NCBI GenBank assembly: GCA_000165425.1
Contig: CT868029.1
Location: forward strand, 186,001-250,000
From: Paramecium tetraurelia
Lineage: Eukaryota
Direction: 5' to 3'
Length of the DNA stretch: 64,000 nucleotides
A model generated the notes under the pieces. That model saw nothing but the letters and a program-made list of their open reading frames with translations, was not told the origin of the DNA and did no database searches. Each line of letters starts with the position of its first letter. Position 1 is the first letter of the stretch. Below are positions 41,153-55,179 of this stretch, piece after piece. The position numbers were made by a program, and so were the translations under genes.

Positions 41153-44100
41153 TCAAGTGTTTATTGAGGAAACTAATGTCTTTAATCCATGAAGATTCTT
41201 CTCTATTGATAACTATAATAAACTATCAAAAAAATATGTGGGTGTTCTGATAAAGCATTTTTCAAATTAATCAGATTTTAATTAAAATTAGGCAGAACAT
41301 GAGCAACTAAAGTTGAAATTATATTTTTACATCTTTTAGAATGAATAATCCTATGTTTATTTACATTTGACACAATACAGATCTTGAATTTAATAGAATA
41401 ACAATTATTATTCTACAAATTGGCATATTAATTTTTCCATGGTGTCTAGGTCGTAGTCATTTTTGCATCCTTCACATTTCCATATATCCTTGAAAACATT
41501 AACTTCTTAAACCATATAGCACTAATAACAAGGAACGTTTTGCAAGATCAAATCAAAACATGGATCTTCAAATTCAGCCTAGAATGATAACATGATTTAC
41601 TTCTTTAGAGGATTCAGAAACTTTAACTGTTTTGCAACAAACATTTTTGATCCTTTTCATTTATTGATGTACTTCCTCATCTACACTCAAGATTGCACAG
41701 AGATAGATAAATGTTCTTAGTATGGCTTATTCGTGCTTTTCCAAATCAATTCTAGAGCCAAGAGCACTTCTAAGATGCCATAATTTAGGGAAATTGGAAA
41801 CTTTGCCATCTTCCTAAAATTCTAATTCTTCTTCAATTTCTATTTATTTTGGAGTTTCATCTAAGTCTTCATCCCCAACTACAAATGAGTCTTATTCGTA
41901 GTCCTCTTGTACTTCTTGTTACATTTCTTCATCATCCTCAATATTACACCTCTTCATTTTACCTGTCAACGCCACAGTTTGTTATTATTATTCTAAATAG
42001 GTTTCGTAATTTTATTTTTCTTTTTTGTATTTCTCAGATTAATCGATTATTATATCATATATTCTTTAAGAATAAGAGCTATTAATGTATTATACTAAGA
42101 GATTGATAATGTCAGTTTATAAATTAGTAATTCTCGAGATTTGTAAATTGGTAGGTAATATATTGATTTCTTCGATTTGACTACTTCTAAGTTCTTCCAC
42201 TTTAAGTAAAATTTCAAAAAGCAAACGGACAAAAAGTGAGGACAATATGGGTGGCAAAAAGTCTTATAATTTTAATTTATAATCGAAGTCAACATCATCA
42301 GTGTTGTAATCAACATCTTTCCCTAGATAATTATGTTTATCCTTGTAGATGAGAGAAGTAAAGAATTTTTATGCTTTAAAAGTTACATGTTTAAATAGAT
42401 TTGACTATTGAAATGTGTTAATGATGTATTCAATTAAGGATTTGGCCATGTCCTTTTGTTATTTCCCAGTATAAAGTAGCAATTTTGTAGGAGATGCTTT
42501 AACGATTTTTATACCAAATTCCTTCAATTTATTAGTAAGTATACTGAAAAACTTAAAATTCAGTCTATTTAACAGTTTTCCCAAGTATGGGTCATAAAGA
42601 GGACTTAAGCCTGAATAGATCCATATATTGATGTTGAGGATATGATCATCTGAGACTTTTTCTCCTTTAGCGTAGATATCATCCAACCAAGAGGAGACTA
42701 ACATTTATAATAATCTAAATGCAATTTTGGCGCCTCCAAGTTCATCCAAATTATCAAGCATATCTGATTTACCATTTTAACCAACCAATTAACTTGCTTC
42801 TTTGTCTAAATTTTTGATTTCTTCTGATTAAGCAATTGTATTAATGGAGAAATGGAGGATATCAATTTCACAAGTGTAACCAATATAAATCCCAGGATTA
42901 TCAAAGTAGGTCTTAGTGAACTCAGTAGGAACTAGATCTCTATTGTCTCTGCCTAAACCACTGCCATACCATGATAAACAAGATGTTTTCTGTCTTAGTA
43001 CTCTTTGGAAGAAAATATCAGTTGTATAGTTTAACATCTCAATATCTGTCTTAAAAACATCTGTTTTCCCTAAGTTTGATGCAGTAAGATTGCATAATGG
43101 GACTTTTACATATTTACAATATTTTATATGTTGAGCAATGGTTTCCCTAAGTTTACAATAACTTTCTAATTATTATTTCACTGTGTTGATATCCCATTGA
43201 AATTCTTTTCTGGATTCCCTGTGAAGATTTGGAATGCAAAAAGTAGGAATCTATAAATTAACAATACAGTAGTACTTTAAGACATAAAAATTGTAAGCCT
43301 TAACTTTGTAAATAGGTCAACTCTTTATTGCTTTGTAGAATACATAACTTCATGCTTTGACCACGGGTCTCAAAATTGTTGGAAATGTAGTCAATTGCGA
43401 GTTTGTCATCTTTCCTAGAACAGTAGATTCAATATAATTACATGGATTGAACAGTGATTTTATTCTTTTCAGGGATTGGCATTTCGAAGTTTTTGTTCAA
43501 TTATTTCCTTTTGAATTCGAACTATTCTTGAACTGACTTAATATACTGATTTAAGTCTTAACGATTTAATTTTTCTTCAGATTTCCTTACAATAATGATC
43601 AAGACTTCATCATTAAAGAACACTGACCACACTCCAAAATTGTCTTATAATTATAAATGAAGTATGATATATGAAGATTGATAGAACGAATTTTAGAATC
43701 TATCTAAATACTACTATTGACTAGGTTATTCGTAAACGATTTGTAAATCCTCGAATTTGAATACATTTTTTTATTATTAAACATACTATCTATTAACTTT
43801 GCACATAGCTCCTAATTCTGTAACTAATTTGAAAATTAATGGGATTTTATGTTCGTATAAACTCTCGGTGTTTGGATTGGCTTCGTATTGAAATAATTAT
43901 TTATGTTCTAATTGAAATGCAGATTCATCCATAGTCAAAGGGTAGAGATAATGAACCTTCTTATCCCTTGGCAAGGTTTTCTTAATAGTTTATAATTCAG
44001 GTTCTTTTGTGAGTTGATTTGTATAAATAGTTCTATCAACTTGAATTTACACACTTGTCAATGTTCCATTCTCTAGAAGGATCCAAGTTAAAAACAAACC

Positions 44101-47100
44101 TGGTTCAACTTCATAAAATTATAATACCTACCAAACAGAGTTTAATAATTGTTATTTATTAAACTTAATCATATTCTTTAGATTGCCTCTTCCATTAATA
44201 TTCTTATTCTATTACTTATTTCTAAATTCCTTTGTCCAAATCTGTTTTTAAACCTAGAGGAAATTTTTGAAGTCTGTTTCCATATTATATTGATTATGTA
44301 ATTGCTTTTAATTGTCCTCATTGATTTGAAGTTTCTTCTTATTGGATAATTACTTATTTTCTTCAATATCCATGGGCTAAAATTTAAATTATGCTAATTG
44401 ATGTGCCAATTTGTTGATTTAACTGAAATATTGATTTATCTTTGTTTGCTAGAGTCCTGAGGCCTTCTCTCTCAATTTTTTTAATAACCACTCTGGAGGC
44501 TCTACTTAAGGAATAGGATTTTCAATATTTTACAAAGCAGCAGGGATCACTAATAATTTTAGGATGGTATTCTTTAATCTTTCTATATAGTAGTCCCAAT
44601 CCACTATCTTAGACAATGTTAAATCTTCATCCTGCAATTGTGGTTCCTTGAGCCATTTTCTCAAGTACTTCTTCCTAGTCTCAAAAGAAGATTCAAAGAT
44701 GAGTAAAGGAATTGATCTCTCATTAACAGGAGTGTTATGAGGTAATTTTGTTATGATATATTAACAGTTTAAACTTCCTCCTCTGACTTAATCGGATCCT
44801 AAGTACTCAGCTATTCTCTTTCCTGCTGTTATTGCTACTCCTTTCTTATTATCATATTCGGATATTTCCTTTGAAAGTACTCTGCTTTCACCTATCAAAT
44901 CAAGTAACTCCTATTACGATATTCCTTCTCCTCCTGTCATTAGTATTCTTAACAATTTCTTACCAACTTCTGCACAAGCCTGATAGCATTCTGTTAAATT
45001 GGTACCCTTCAAGAATTCTGAAAATAATTCCTATTAAAATTGTTTGATAATCTATAACTCTCCTCTTCTTTTGATTTCAAACCCTTTGACTTCAGCAATT
45101 GATCCATTTTTATTGTATACAACATATCTCTTCTTCAACTGCTTATTCTCCTCTCTGGCTGCTGGAATTATCATACATCTATATGGGCCATCAACTTCAA
45201 AAAAGATAGACATTTCACTTCTAATTCCATATTCGAAAGAATTTGGGTCTTTCAACCATTGATATTAATTGTTCTTATATTTTTCATATACTAATTCATT
45301 GAGAATGTAACAAGGATAACTAAACTTCAAATTCCTACCTGTCTAACTTTTAATTAAAAAGTCTTCAGGGAATCCACTAGGCAACAAACACCAAATACCA
45401 TCAGTATCCAATTCCAATGGCAATCCTATTTAATCAACTCTCTACTTTGCGGTTGATATAATCTGAGAACCCATATGAGTAACAATACCAGCCATGGGCA
45501 TTGAATACCAACGAGCACCTTTTCTCATCACATACCCATAAAATGAGTTCAAAATGATCTTATGTGCCAATTATAAGGATTCATATAACGCCATGAAATC
45601 ATGACATTCTTTTACTCCAACACCTTCCTTTTTAGCTTATTCCAATTTATTCTTATACACTTTTACCAACTCCTTAAATTCATATCTCCTATCCCTAAAA
45701 TCTCTCACTGTTTGTACATAGAAGTCGTTTTCTCTCATGCAAACTGTATCTTTTTTTAGTTCTACCGAATGATGATGAATGGTTTTGTATGTCTTTTTAC
45801 AATGCTCTATTACTCTCTATTTAATTCTCTTTATTTATTCATCTGGAGCCAGATCACTAAATCCTTTCAATTATAACCTTCTTGTATCTAATCCCTCCTT
45901 TAGCATTTATTTTTTTTTCTCTTCATTTTCCTTCCTTTCTTTTTCTGTTTATTCCTACTCCAACTATTATTTTACGAATTCGTATTCGGTTCTTTTCAAA
46001 GGAAAGAAGTCACCCTTCCACTACCACTCCAATTGTCTTTAACATCGATTTTGTGGCTAATTAAAATAGCATTATGAACAGATTTGGTCACCTACAATTG
46101 ACACAGGTTATAATCGATTTGTCAAAATAATATTCGGATACATGGCAGCAACATCTAAATGATAGATCAGTGGTTTTTCTTTGAATACTTCTCCTCTATT
46201 TATTAATACATCCAATTTTGATCTTATTTGTTCACTACACTTTTCTATTTCCTCTTCACTAAATGTCTCATTTTCAATCTTGCCAACAAACCTAATCAAA
46301 CTATCCACAGTGCTCCACATTGATTGCATACACTCCTTGTCAATCTTAAACTCAACATCAATATCACTTCTATATATTCCACTTCTTAAACATTCAACCT
46401 TGCCACCAATATATGTTTCAGAATCAATTAAATGACCATCGTGGAATCTCTCCAACAAAGTAGTAGTTTTATTAGGGAATATAATCTCTCTTTAAAATGC
46501 TTATGCCATTAATAGACATTCGCATAATGTGCCAGACCCTTTTCTTAAAACCTCATCAGGTGATAATGGAATTATTGTACAAAGTGCTAAAATAAAATCA
46601 TGTATATGCTTTCTATATAACCAATATGTTGCAACTGAATCTGATATAGAATACCCTGCAAATTATTAACTGTCCTACAAAGCCATAGGTACCATTTTCT
46701 CAGGGTCTACTTCGATTGGTTGATATCCCAATTTAGCCTTAGTCACAGCCTTCAACCCATGACTTCCTTAAGGGAGATAAGCATCTCTTTCCACCCATGC
46801 AAAACAATCCATGTGAATAATGTATCTACCATAATATTCGTTATTTTCTTCATTTTTTTTAATTCCAATTTCCTATTCCAAATAAAATCCATGAGTTAAA
46901 CATCTTTCTTCTATATATGGCCAATCAAAACGATCCCCATTAAAGGATGATATAATATTCGGTTTATAATCTAAAATGACTTGAAAGAACTTAAGCAAAA
47001 GTGATTTCTCATCAGGCTGATTATAAATGATTGCTTATGTTGCAAATTCAGGTTTTGGAGCATAATCAAAGTTTTAAACTTCTTAACCTAAAGTCTGCAT

Positions 47101-47899
47101 ATTAGTAATCAGGATACTATTTTGACTGTGAGTGATTGAGATCATCATAATTTAATCATTTTTTGCATCTGGAAATTTAAGTGGTTGCTTATATGTTTCA
47201 ATATCAAAAGCGAGATATTTTAATTCAGGCATACTCATCATCTCTTTGACTTCTATGCATTCTGCTATTCTTCTTTCTTTTAGCACAAATTTGAACCATT
47301 TGCAGCACCTCAACCCTGTATCAATACATACTCTACAGTGATAGGGTACATCATATTCTCTGACTCCTATTAGCTAATCCTAGATATCCTTTGATGTAGA
47401 AGGTTTTTTGATTAGCATATCATTTTCGTCAACATTCCTGCGGTTCTTTTCACATCTAGCCCTAATTAGATTCCTAACTTAGACGAGGTCTTAAATCAAT
47501 CGAAATTATAATTTAATAAATTTCTCCTTTTTCCCTATTAAATGGTTTGCTTTATCCAAATCGACTCTTTCAATAATGTCAACTTTTAGAATTTATTTTT
47601 CGTATTTATTCTCCAAATGCATAGCCAATTCAGTAATGTGCTCTTGATTGCATTCAACATAGAAATAAGGAGGAATATCATACATCAATTTGAGAAACTC
47701 CCCTAAAATAATTTACTATAGTACCATTCTAAGTAATCACGTAAACTAATAATGCAGTGAATTCTTTTTCGCTCTCATCATAAGTACTAATAACCTTCAT
47801 ATTAGCTACCCATGCCAACAACTCCTTTTGACTCCTGACCCATTCTACGTTAAATTTCAATTCGATCTCATCTAACAAATTCTGCTTTTGTTTCCGCAT
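41153..47899 (-). CDS. POLE: DNA polymerase epsilon catalytic subunit A
   Basis: Exonuclease [48 protein letters not shown]; polymerase [37 protein letters not shown]; CysX motif CSQCYF…NRC…TVCMREN; C-terminal CysA/CysB clusters. Confidence 0.97.
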
Positions 47900-47941
47900 A
47901 TTTAATTAATATTTGGCGGTATGTATATTTATATATATATC

Positions 47942-48995
47942 TCATTATTATTCTTGAACTGAATTTTTTATAGTTTTAAATAATTGAGTCGCCTCCAGAA
48001 TTGATGAAAACTCTAAGCAAAACCCTTGTAATTTTACATAAATCATCTTTGGATCAAATGCCTTCTAATTTATCAAAGTTCTGATGAACACTGACACCAA
48101 TCTCACTTATCGAGCCAATTACAAAGGTTGATTCTAAATAATCAATCCTGTTATACTTACATTCTTGAATTCATTGCAATTCTCTATGCATTTGATTATG
48201 AACGTATTAAGAAATTAATCTGGCAGATTTATGCTCTTTGATAATTAATTCACTAATTCCAAGGCCTGAATACTGATCTTTATCTAAATTAACTAGTCCA
48301 AATATCTAAGTAATCATTTTCAATTATACTCATGAGCATTAATGCCCAATTGATGCAATTTCTTAATAAGATCACTAACTAATTATGGATTCTATTCAAC
48401 CAAAAGTTTAAATTGATTCCCATCAATCTTATATTCTGGTTTGAATAGATTCAAAATCTGTTGATGATCACCTTATTAGAGTTTCGTACACTAGGCTTAA
48501 GACAGTAAATGGCGAAACCTCATCAAAGGAGTTATATTGTAATCCCAAACAGTTAAATGGGTGGAATCGATTGTAATAAATTCCAAACTCTAATGAGTAA
48601 CTATTATTGGAATAGGTCTCATAAATTCACAAGAATGTTAGATCTATTTCATATTCAGCAAATTTGTTTATTTCAGTATTTGTTCTAATGATTACCCGTA
48701 CTCTATCATAATGTAATTTGAATACATATTTGATATTGTTGGTTATGTTAATCTCCAATTAGTTGATGCATAAATCAGATAAGCATAAGTTCTAATCCCA
48801 TTGTCGAATATTGTATAGAAATTGTATTCGAATATGAGATGCTTGTTTCTAATGATATTAATTTCAAATTACTTGATCCAATAAAGTATTCATCATCTGG
48901 CTGCACATTTCATTTTTGCATAGTTCCTTGATCATTACATAATTCTCATCCAAGGTTTTGTTCATCTCTACAGGTATTTTTCCTATGATTTGCAT
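47942..48995 (-). CDS. CNOT11: CCR4-NOT complex subunit 11 homologue
   Basis: C-terminus INLPDQFLNTFIIKCIENC…RQVRLVSVFIRTLI…LQGFCLEFSSILEATQLFK matches the CNOT11 C-terminal signature as I recall it (LPxEFI…RLVRLVCVFL…QAFCIEFS…EA). Confidence 0.85.
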
Positions 48996-49161
48996 TTAGA
49001 CTTTTTCAATTATTTAATATTATGATTTTCTTTTACTAAATTTCTTTCATCATTTATATTATTATAAATACACATACATAAGAGAATAGAAAAGACTCAT
49101 GTTTCTTAATGTAAATTGAGAATGGTCATAATTTATGTGTATGTTAAAATTATTAAATCTT

Positions 49162-50440
49162 ATGATGATAAATATTGATATTTTATATTAACGGATGAAG
49201 GAACATAAGGATGGAATTTATTAAGGAGGATTAAATGCAAAATAACAAAAACATGGGCTAGGGATATACTTATGGGATGTTGGTTCTGCTTATTATGGAG
49301 AGTGGAAAAACGATTTGATTGATGGATAGGGAATCTTATTTTTAGGGGGATAGATCATCATCTAAGGAGGTTTCAAAAAAGGAGTTGTTCATGGGCAAAT
49401 TGTAATCAAGGTTGGGACTAGAGTGTTCTATAGTTAATTCGACAAAGGAGAGGCTATATTCATTTAGGAAGGAGAGAGAAAAATCACAATACAATCATCA
49501 AGTGCTTAGATAACTCATGATTGTACGAATGATGCTGATCGTGTATTACAGGCAATAAGTAAACTTCAATAAGGAGACTTATAAATATAGCTGTTTAATC
49601 ATTGTATCTACTACGGAAATGTTGGGAAGGCAAATCTGCCAAATGGTTTGGGAATTGAGATTTCCAATTTATTTTATTAATGTGGATAATTCATTGATGG
49701 GAAATTGAATGGTTTGGGTAGGTTAGATTAATAAGATGAGATTTATCAAGGCTAATTCCAAAAAGGATTATATCAAGGAAATGGGATGATGGTATTCAAG
49801 GATTAACGAATTCAATGGGTGAAAGGGAAATACCATTAAGGGCAATTGGTGGAGATCAAGAGTAGTGGTTATTTGGAATAAATGGAAACTCCGCAAGAAT
49901 TAGTTTGTAAATCATCATTATATCTTTATTAGTTAAATATTGTACGAAAGTAACTTAGCAATACATAGTAACTCCAATTTCAAAGGAAATTATAATCGGA
50001 TATATTAGGTTATTTGAAGTGATGCAATTCGTTAGGCTTCGTGTAAACACTTTAAATGAAATCAAATACTAATAATAGCCCCCTTTGAGGAAATATAGTA
50101 CTAATACAAATAATCTAAGTAAATCTGTGGAGGAAATCAGGAAACTGTAATGTTAATTTAACACATAAAGTCTTGATTAACAAAATTAGATTTATGAGGT
50201 CATTTTGGATTAGCATGATGAGGATTAGACTTATAGAAAAACTGATACTCAGTAATCAAGAACTAAAACTTAACCTACAGAGGAATATTTTGAAAATAAG
50301 ATTTCATTTGGTTTATTAGAGATTCCAAGTTTAAAAAATTCGAGAAAAACAGCAGTTTAGTAAAATGAGGAATATAAATTATAAATCAAGAAAAATAATG
50401 ATTATAATTAGTAGAGATCATAATCATAATTTGAAATTAA

Positions 50441-50496
<56 letters not shown>

Positions 50497-51371
50497 CTAA
50501 TGATCGTATCTTAACTTTAAAGAATATTTTAGAAGCTTAATAATAAAAATATAATTCAGATTGCAAATAAAAGAAAACAGTTTTTAATGATATCTAATCA
50601 ACTACTGCATAAAGAACTAAATCAATTATACTATAAAATAATAAAAACTTATAATGCTTAAGTGAAGTTGTTTAAAAAGAGATAAATAGATCTTCCCCTA
50701 GTGAGGAACGTAGATCTACAATCAAGCCTCTTTATGTATAGAATGAAGAGAATGAATAACAATATTTAAGTTCTCAAAAAACTTTACCAAGCAAATTCAG
50801 CGTGGATTATCCCAATTCTTATAGCGATAATAAAAATAGAAATAACAGTTTACTTAATAAATTCAACAGCATTAAAATTAAACCAAATATAAAATAAGAA
50901 ACATAAAATTTTGGATTTTCAACAAAATCACTGAGTTTAAAATAATCTATTCAAAAAGTGTAAGAGGCAAATGATTTACCATTAGGAAACATCTAAAACC
51001 GTATCTCTTTAGTTTCGCATAACAATACTGTTAAAGAAAGGAATTTACAAACATCATTCGAAAAATAATAATCAAAAAAAATGGATGACTCTAATTACAA
51101 TTCATGTAATGGTAACTGTACTTAAATCTAACAAGAGGATCCAAATACTAAGTATATCTAAGAAATCAGGTAAGAATTGGCAGAATAAAAACAAATGCTA
51201 ACTTAACTATTCTAATCTCTCTAATAAAAGTAGCCTCAAATTAATAAATAATACATTAAACGATTACCTCAAACTCCTCAAAGGAGTATTCAAATGTAAT
51301 AACAACCTAAATAAGTGTATGTTTATCCAACGTTTACACTTGTTAAATAAGTATCTCCAGTGAGACTGTGA
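49162..51371 (+). CDS. MORN-repeat protein with Q-rich low-complexity C-terminus
   Basis: YQGGLNAKQQKHGLGIYLW, YYGEWKNDLIDGQG, GQFIDGKLNGLG, YQGQFQKGLYQGNG; poly-Q tract; ends VSPVRL-TGA. Confidence 0.85.
50445..50495 (+). repeat. (TAA)17 microsatellite encoding polyglutamine
   Basis: In frame: GAA ATT AAA TAG (TAA)17 ACT AAT GAT = EIK-Q18-TND. Confidence 0.9.
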
Positions 51372-51430
51372 TTAACACTTTCATTTTATAACCATATTTA
51401 TTATAATTCTACTTTTATTAATTTTATTAA

Positions 51431-52394
51431 ATGTCAATCACTGCCTCTACATGCCAATAAATTAGTCAATCACCTCTCAATCTAAGTACAGCCAAACAAC
51501 TCTGGTCTTTCCCAAAAAGTAGTCGCTTTGGCAAATTAGAAAATCCAAACAAGTAATTTTGTCTTTAATCAATAGTTGTGCAGTTGCTTTTTATGATCTC
51601 CCAGATCAAAAGGAAAAGAGATCTGCAGGCGTAGGATACTCAACAAAGTAAAATTACTTTATTAATATTCTAGATATGATTTTACAAAAAATGGACCTAA
51701 GACTCCTGCTCCTGATACCTATAGGATAGTTGGAGAATTGGATAACAATAAATCAAAGAATCGTGGCTTCCCCTTTGGAGTAAGTAGAGATGTAAAACGA
51801 AATTGTTATTTCTAGAAAATGTGGTAAAGTGGAATTATGGGTGGTTTGAATAAAGTAACTCCAGGACCAGGGAAGTATGAGAGTCAATCAACTCTCAGTT
51901 AAACAAGATATACGATGAGACCAAAAAATTAATAAGATATCATGATTCTCACTAAAAATGTTCCAGGTTTACATTTTTTATATACCAGGACCGGGAGCTT
52001 ATAACTCTGTTTAAGGAATAGATTCTAAAGGAAAATATCCAATTTCTAAATTTTCCAATAGTTGTGCCACTCTTTTTAATCCTCCCAGATCTAAGAGATT
52101 TGATAATAAATAATGTAAATGAAAAATTCTATTAATTATAGACAGTAACGATGTTCCAGGACCAGGAAATTATAAATTAGACAATATAGGAATTCAAAAG
52201 GTATCTTGTAAACTTCATCCTAATAGACTGGATTCTATCCTATATCTAATTTGCATTCTAGTAAATGTAGAAGTTTTCCTCACGATATCCGAAAGACTTA
52301 CTCGGTATCCAGTATGCAAACTCCTGGACCTGGTTAATATAGACTACCTTCAGATTTTGGATACTACGAATCAAAATCAGTATCTAGAAGTTGA
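51431..52394 (+). CDS. SHIPPO-repeat (ODF3/STPG-like) ciliary protein
   Basis: Repeats TPAPDTY, TPGPGKY, VPGPGAY, VPGPGNY, TPGPGQY; six mini-introns (e.g. 51553-51575). Confidence 0.88.
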
Positions 52395-52701
52395 TTATAA
52401 AATTTAATTTTGCACAATTATTAAGTGACTTTTTAGGTTAATTTTTAATTATTGTTACTGTTCAACATAATTTTGAATATAATTCATATTATATAATAAT
52501 GAAAATTAGATAATGTTAATAAAATACCTAGATTTTATCAGTTAAAATGTTGTGTATTTAAAATATGAAATAATATTTATAAAATGAATAAATTGTGTGA
52601 TATATTTCTATTTATAGTTTAAATTGTTATTCACTAAATAAGAATTATCAATTCATATTGTTATATACTAATAAATGAATAGAATAAGAATACTAAATGT
52701 A

Positions 52702-54085
52702 TCATAATATCTCATCATCTAAATTGTTGGGTCTATATAGTTTTCTTTCAAAACTGTCCAACATGTTGTTTACAACCTACAAATCATTTTGATCATTAAT
52801 TGATTATTCATTTGTAAGATTTCTATTGCATTTGATCTGAATTCTTTTTTTTGGAATCATCGATTACTTGGTTCTTACAAAATGAATGGAAGTTTCCTTG
52901 AGTAAAGTACTATTGACTTTGAGGGTTTTGCTGAAATTACTTTCTGCTTATTCAACTGCCTATGCTAATAACAAGCCTTTAAATTCAGTTCTATCAAGAG
53001 GATGCTTATGAGAAAGAGTAGATACCGATTTTGATTTTTAGCTTTGAATAATTATAATATTTAATACCTGTTAAGTATAAAAATGGGAGTGGTTTAATCT
53101 TGAGGAGGATTGTTACGTTGTTCATTTTTAGCAGTTTATCCAACATTGAAGGAAATGGAATTAAAGTCCTAATAATAATGATAGTTATTACACTTCCAAC
53201 TGTATATGGTCTGCTAGTTTGATTGCATTAAGCAGAATTGATAATTTAGTTTTGCAATTATTGAAGAGTTTAGGACTGCTATTGATTTTCTAATTGTTGC
53301 AAAGTGGACTCGATAACATCTTTTGGTGGTCTGGAATTGGTTTAAGCAGTAGTCACTCTTTACATACTTAACCTAGAAGGGAGTATTCCACTTCTTTATT
53401 CAATTTCAAGATTGGTCATTCTTCTGCGAGTATTGGATTATTTTATGTGAACCATATTTTACAACCTCAATTCTTCTTTGATTTATTCAATTTCCAAATC
53501 CTTTTATATTTTTTCACTAATTGCTTTGACTCCTTGTTCTTCCATTTGCAATATCTTGGGGTTGATTAGCAAATTAACATATTTTTAGGATTGTTAATTC
53601 AATTTGTTCCAGAGATGGTCTGGTCGACCCAGTAATGCTGTTCTTGAAAGAATTGGTTTGACCGAAATGGAGTCTACCTAGACGTCATTGCGTTATGAAC
53701 ATAAGTTTTATAGACTGCCTCTTTCTAATTTTCTTTGTTGCAATCGCATGAGATCCTCTTCTCTTGCCATGTTATAGTATATTATTTTATTGCGTTGTAA
53801 CTCTTATTTCTCTTTGTATTCAATTTCTTGCAATTTCTTTATTCTCTTCTCACCTTTGTCGTGTTGTTCTTTTAATTATTTGAATACCTTTGCATTTGAT
53901 TTGGCTTGATGTGGATTGTTCCAAATGTGGGTGTTATCATTATAATAGTCATGTGTTTTCTTTTGAGGCTCATTAGGAGGAACTGTTTGATATCTACATT
54001 AAGAAAGTCAATACTCTGGCAATTTGGTCTGCAAATAGTATTTATCAATCTCTTTTTTTGGATAGGAGGGATGATTAGTTATCAT
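52702..54085 (-). CDS. Hypothetical protein with a central coiled coil
   Basis: ATG at 54085 (MITNHPSYPKKEIDKYYLQTKLPE); mini-introns; ends RPNNLDDEIL-TGA. Confidence 0.72.
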
Positions 54086-54302
54086 TTATAAATAATAATC
54101 AAATTTACAAAATCATAAATATTCCCAACTAGTTTAACAATTTTTGAATCATATATATTTTTAGAATAAACTAAATTAATTCGATTATAAATCAATTTCA
54201 TTTAAGAGATAATTTCTAAATCTTTTTTTGTTTTAAGTTTTTTATAACACTAAAAACTTTAATTTTAATAAATTTTTTCAAAATACCCAAACTCAGAAAT
54301 AA

Positions 54303-55072
54303 ATGGAACAACCATAATTACTGCTTTCAACTAAAAATAACTTTTTGGATTTGCAAGCACAAGTTAATTAATAAATCAAGAATCATTGTCATCAATTGAA
54401 ATTGATTGATTAGAGCAATGAAAAAGTCATAGAAAAACTCTTAAAACAATAAGAAAAACTTTAAATGCTCGTGAGTAAATTGGATTACTATCAGATCTAA
54501 CCCTAAGTCAGTTACCTGGATCTAATTCTGAAACACCAGTACAAATACGAATTGAAGTTATCTGAAGATTTAGAATTGCCATGCTACAGAAATCGAATAT
54601 TCTCAATACGATTCAATCTCATGTATCAAGACTAAATATGCATTAATTAAAACAAAATCATTGTAGAGTTGGAGATGTATGATAATATAATAAATTCTAA
54701 GTTGGACTTACGATGAATTACCAAAAAAGGTATCGCACAATAATCAAGGGGAATCAATTTATAAAGGCTGTTAACAAGCTTTTATTAAAGAAGGATAAGG
54801 AAGACTCAACAAAATTCAGATTAAAGAAGTGTCCTCACATTTTCCAAGAGGGTAATTCGTGTTGATAATTGTACCAGTAAATGATCATGGAGTAATTGGG
54901 AATTAAAAGTAAATCTTTTAATGTTAATTAAAATAGATTAGGTGAGATCAAAAAAGAATGGATCAAGCCATTAGTCTTAAATGAATTTGTCGTTAAGGCA
55001 AAAAGATTTTCCAATCGACATGTTCCTTATTATATTCGCAAGGATGGAACTGTTAACATGAAACCAATCTGA
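54303..55072 (+). CDS. Hypothetical protein (coiled coil followed by a beta-rich domain)
   Basis: MEQPQLLLSTKNNF…; later KIQIKEVSSHFPRG…WIKPLVLNEFVVKAKR; mini-introns; TGA at 55072. Confidence 0.75.
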
Positions 55073-55179
55073 TTTATTATGCAATAATTTACATTTATTT
55101 AAATTAAAGCTCTAGCAAGATTAATTCAATGAGAATATTTATAAATAAGTATTATATCTTCAAATCATTAACCTCTTTT

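Noticed and set aside
48054..48056. Apparent in-frame TGA (readthrough or selenocysteine) in the 47942-48995 gene
   Set aside because: It is out of frame; the CNOT11 frame reads …QKAFDPKMIYVKLQGFC… without interruption.
22777..48995. TRRAP, POLE and CNOT11 on the same strand as a functional cluster
   Set aside because: Different pathways, interrupted by an unrelated gene and a long spacer; no evidence of co-regulation in the sequence.
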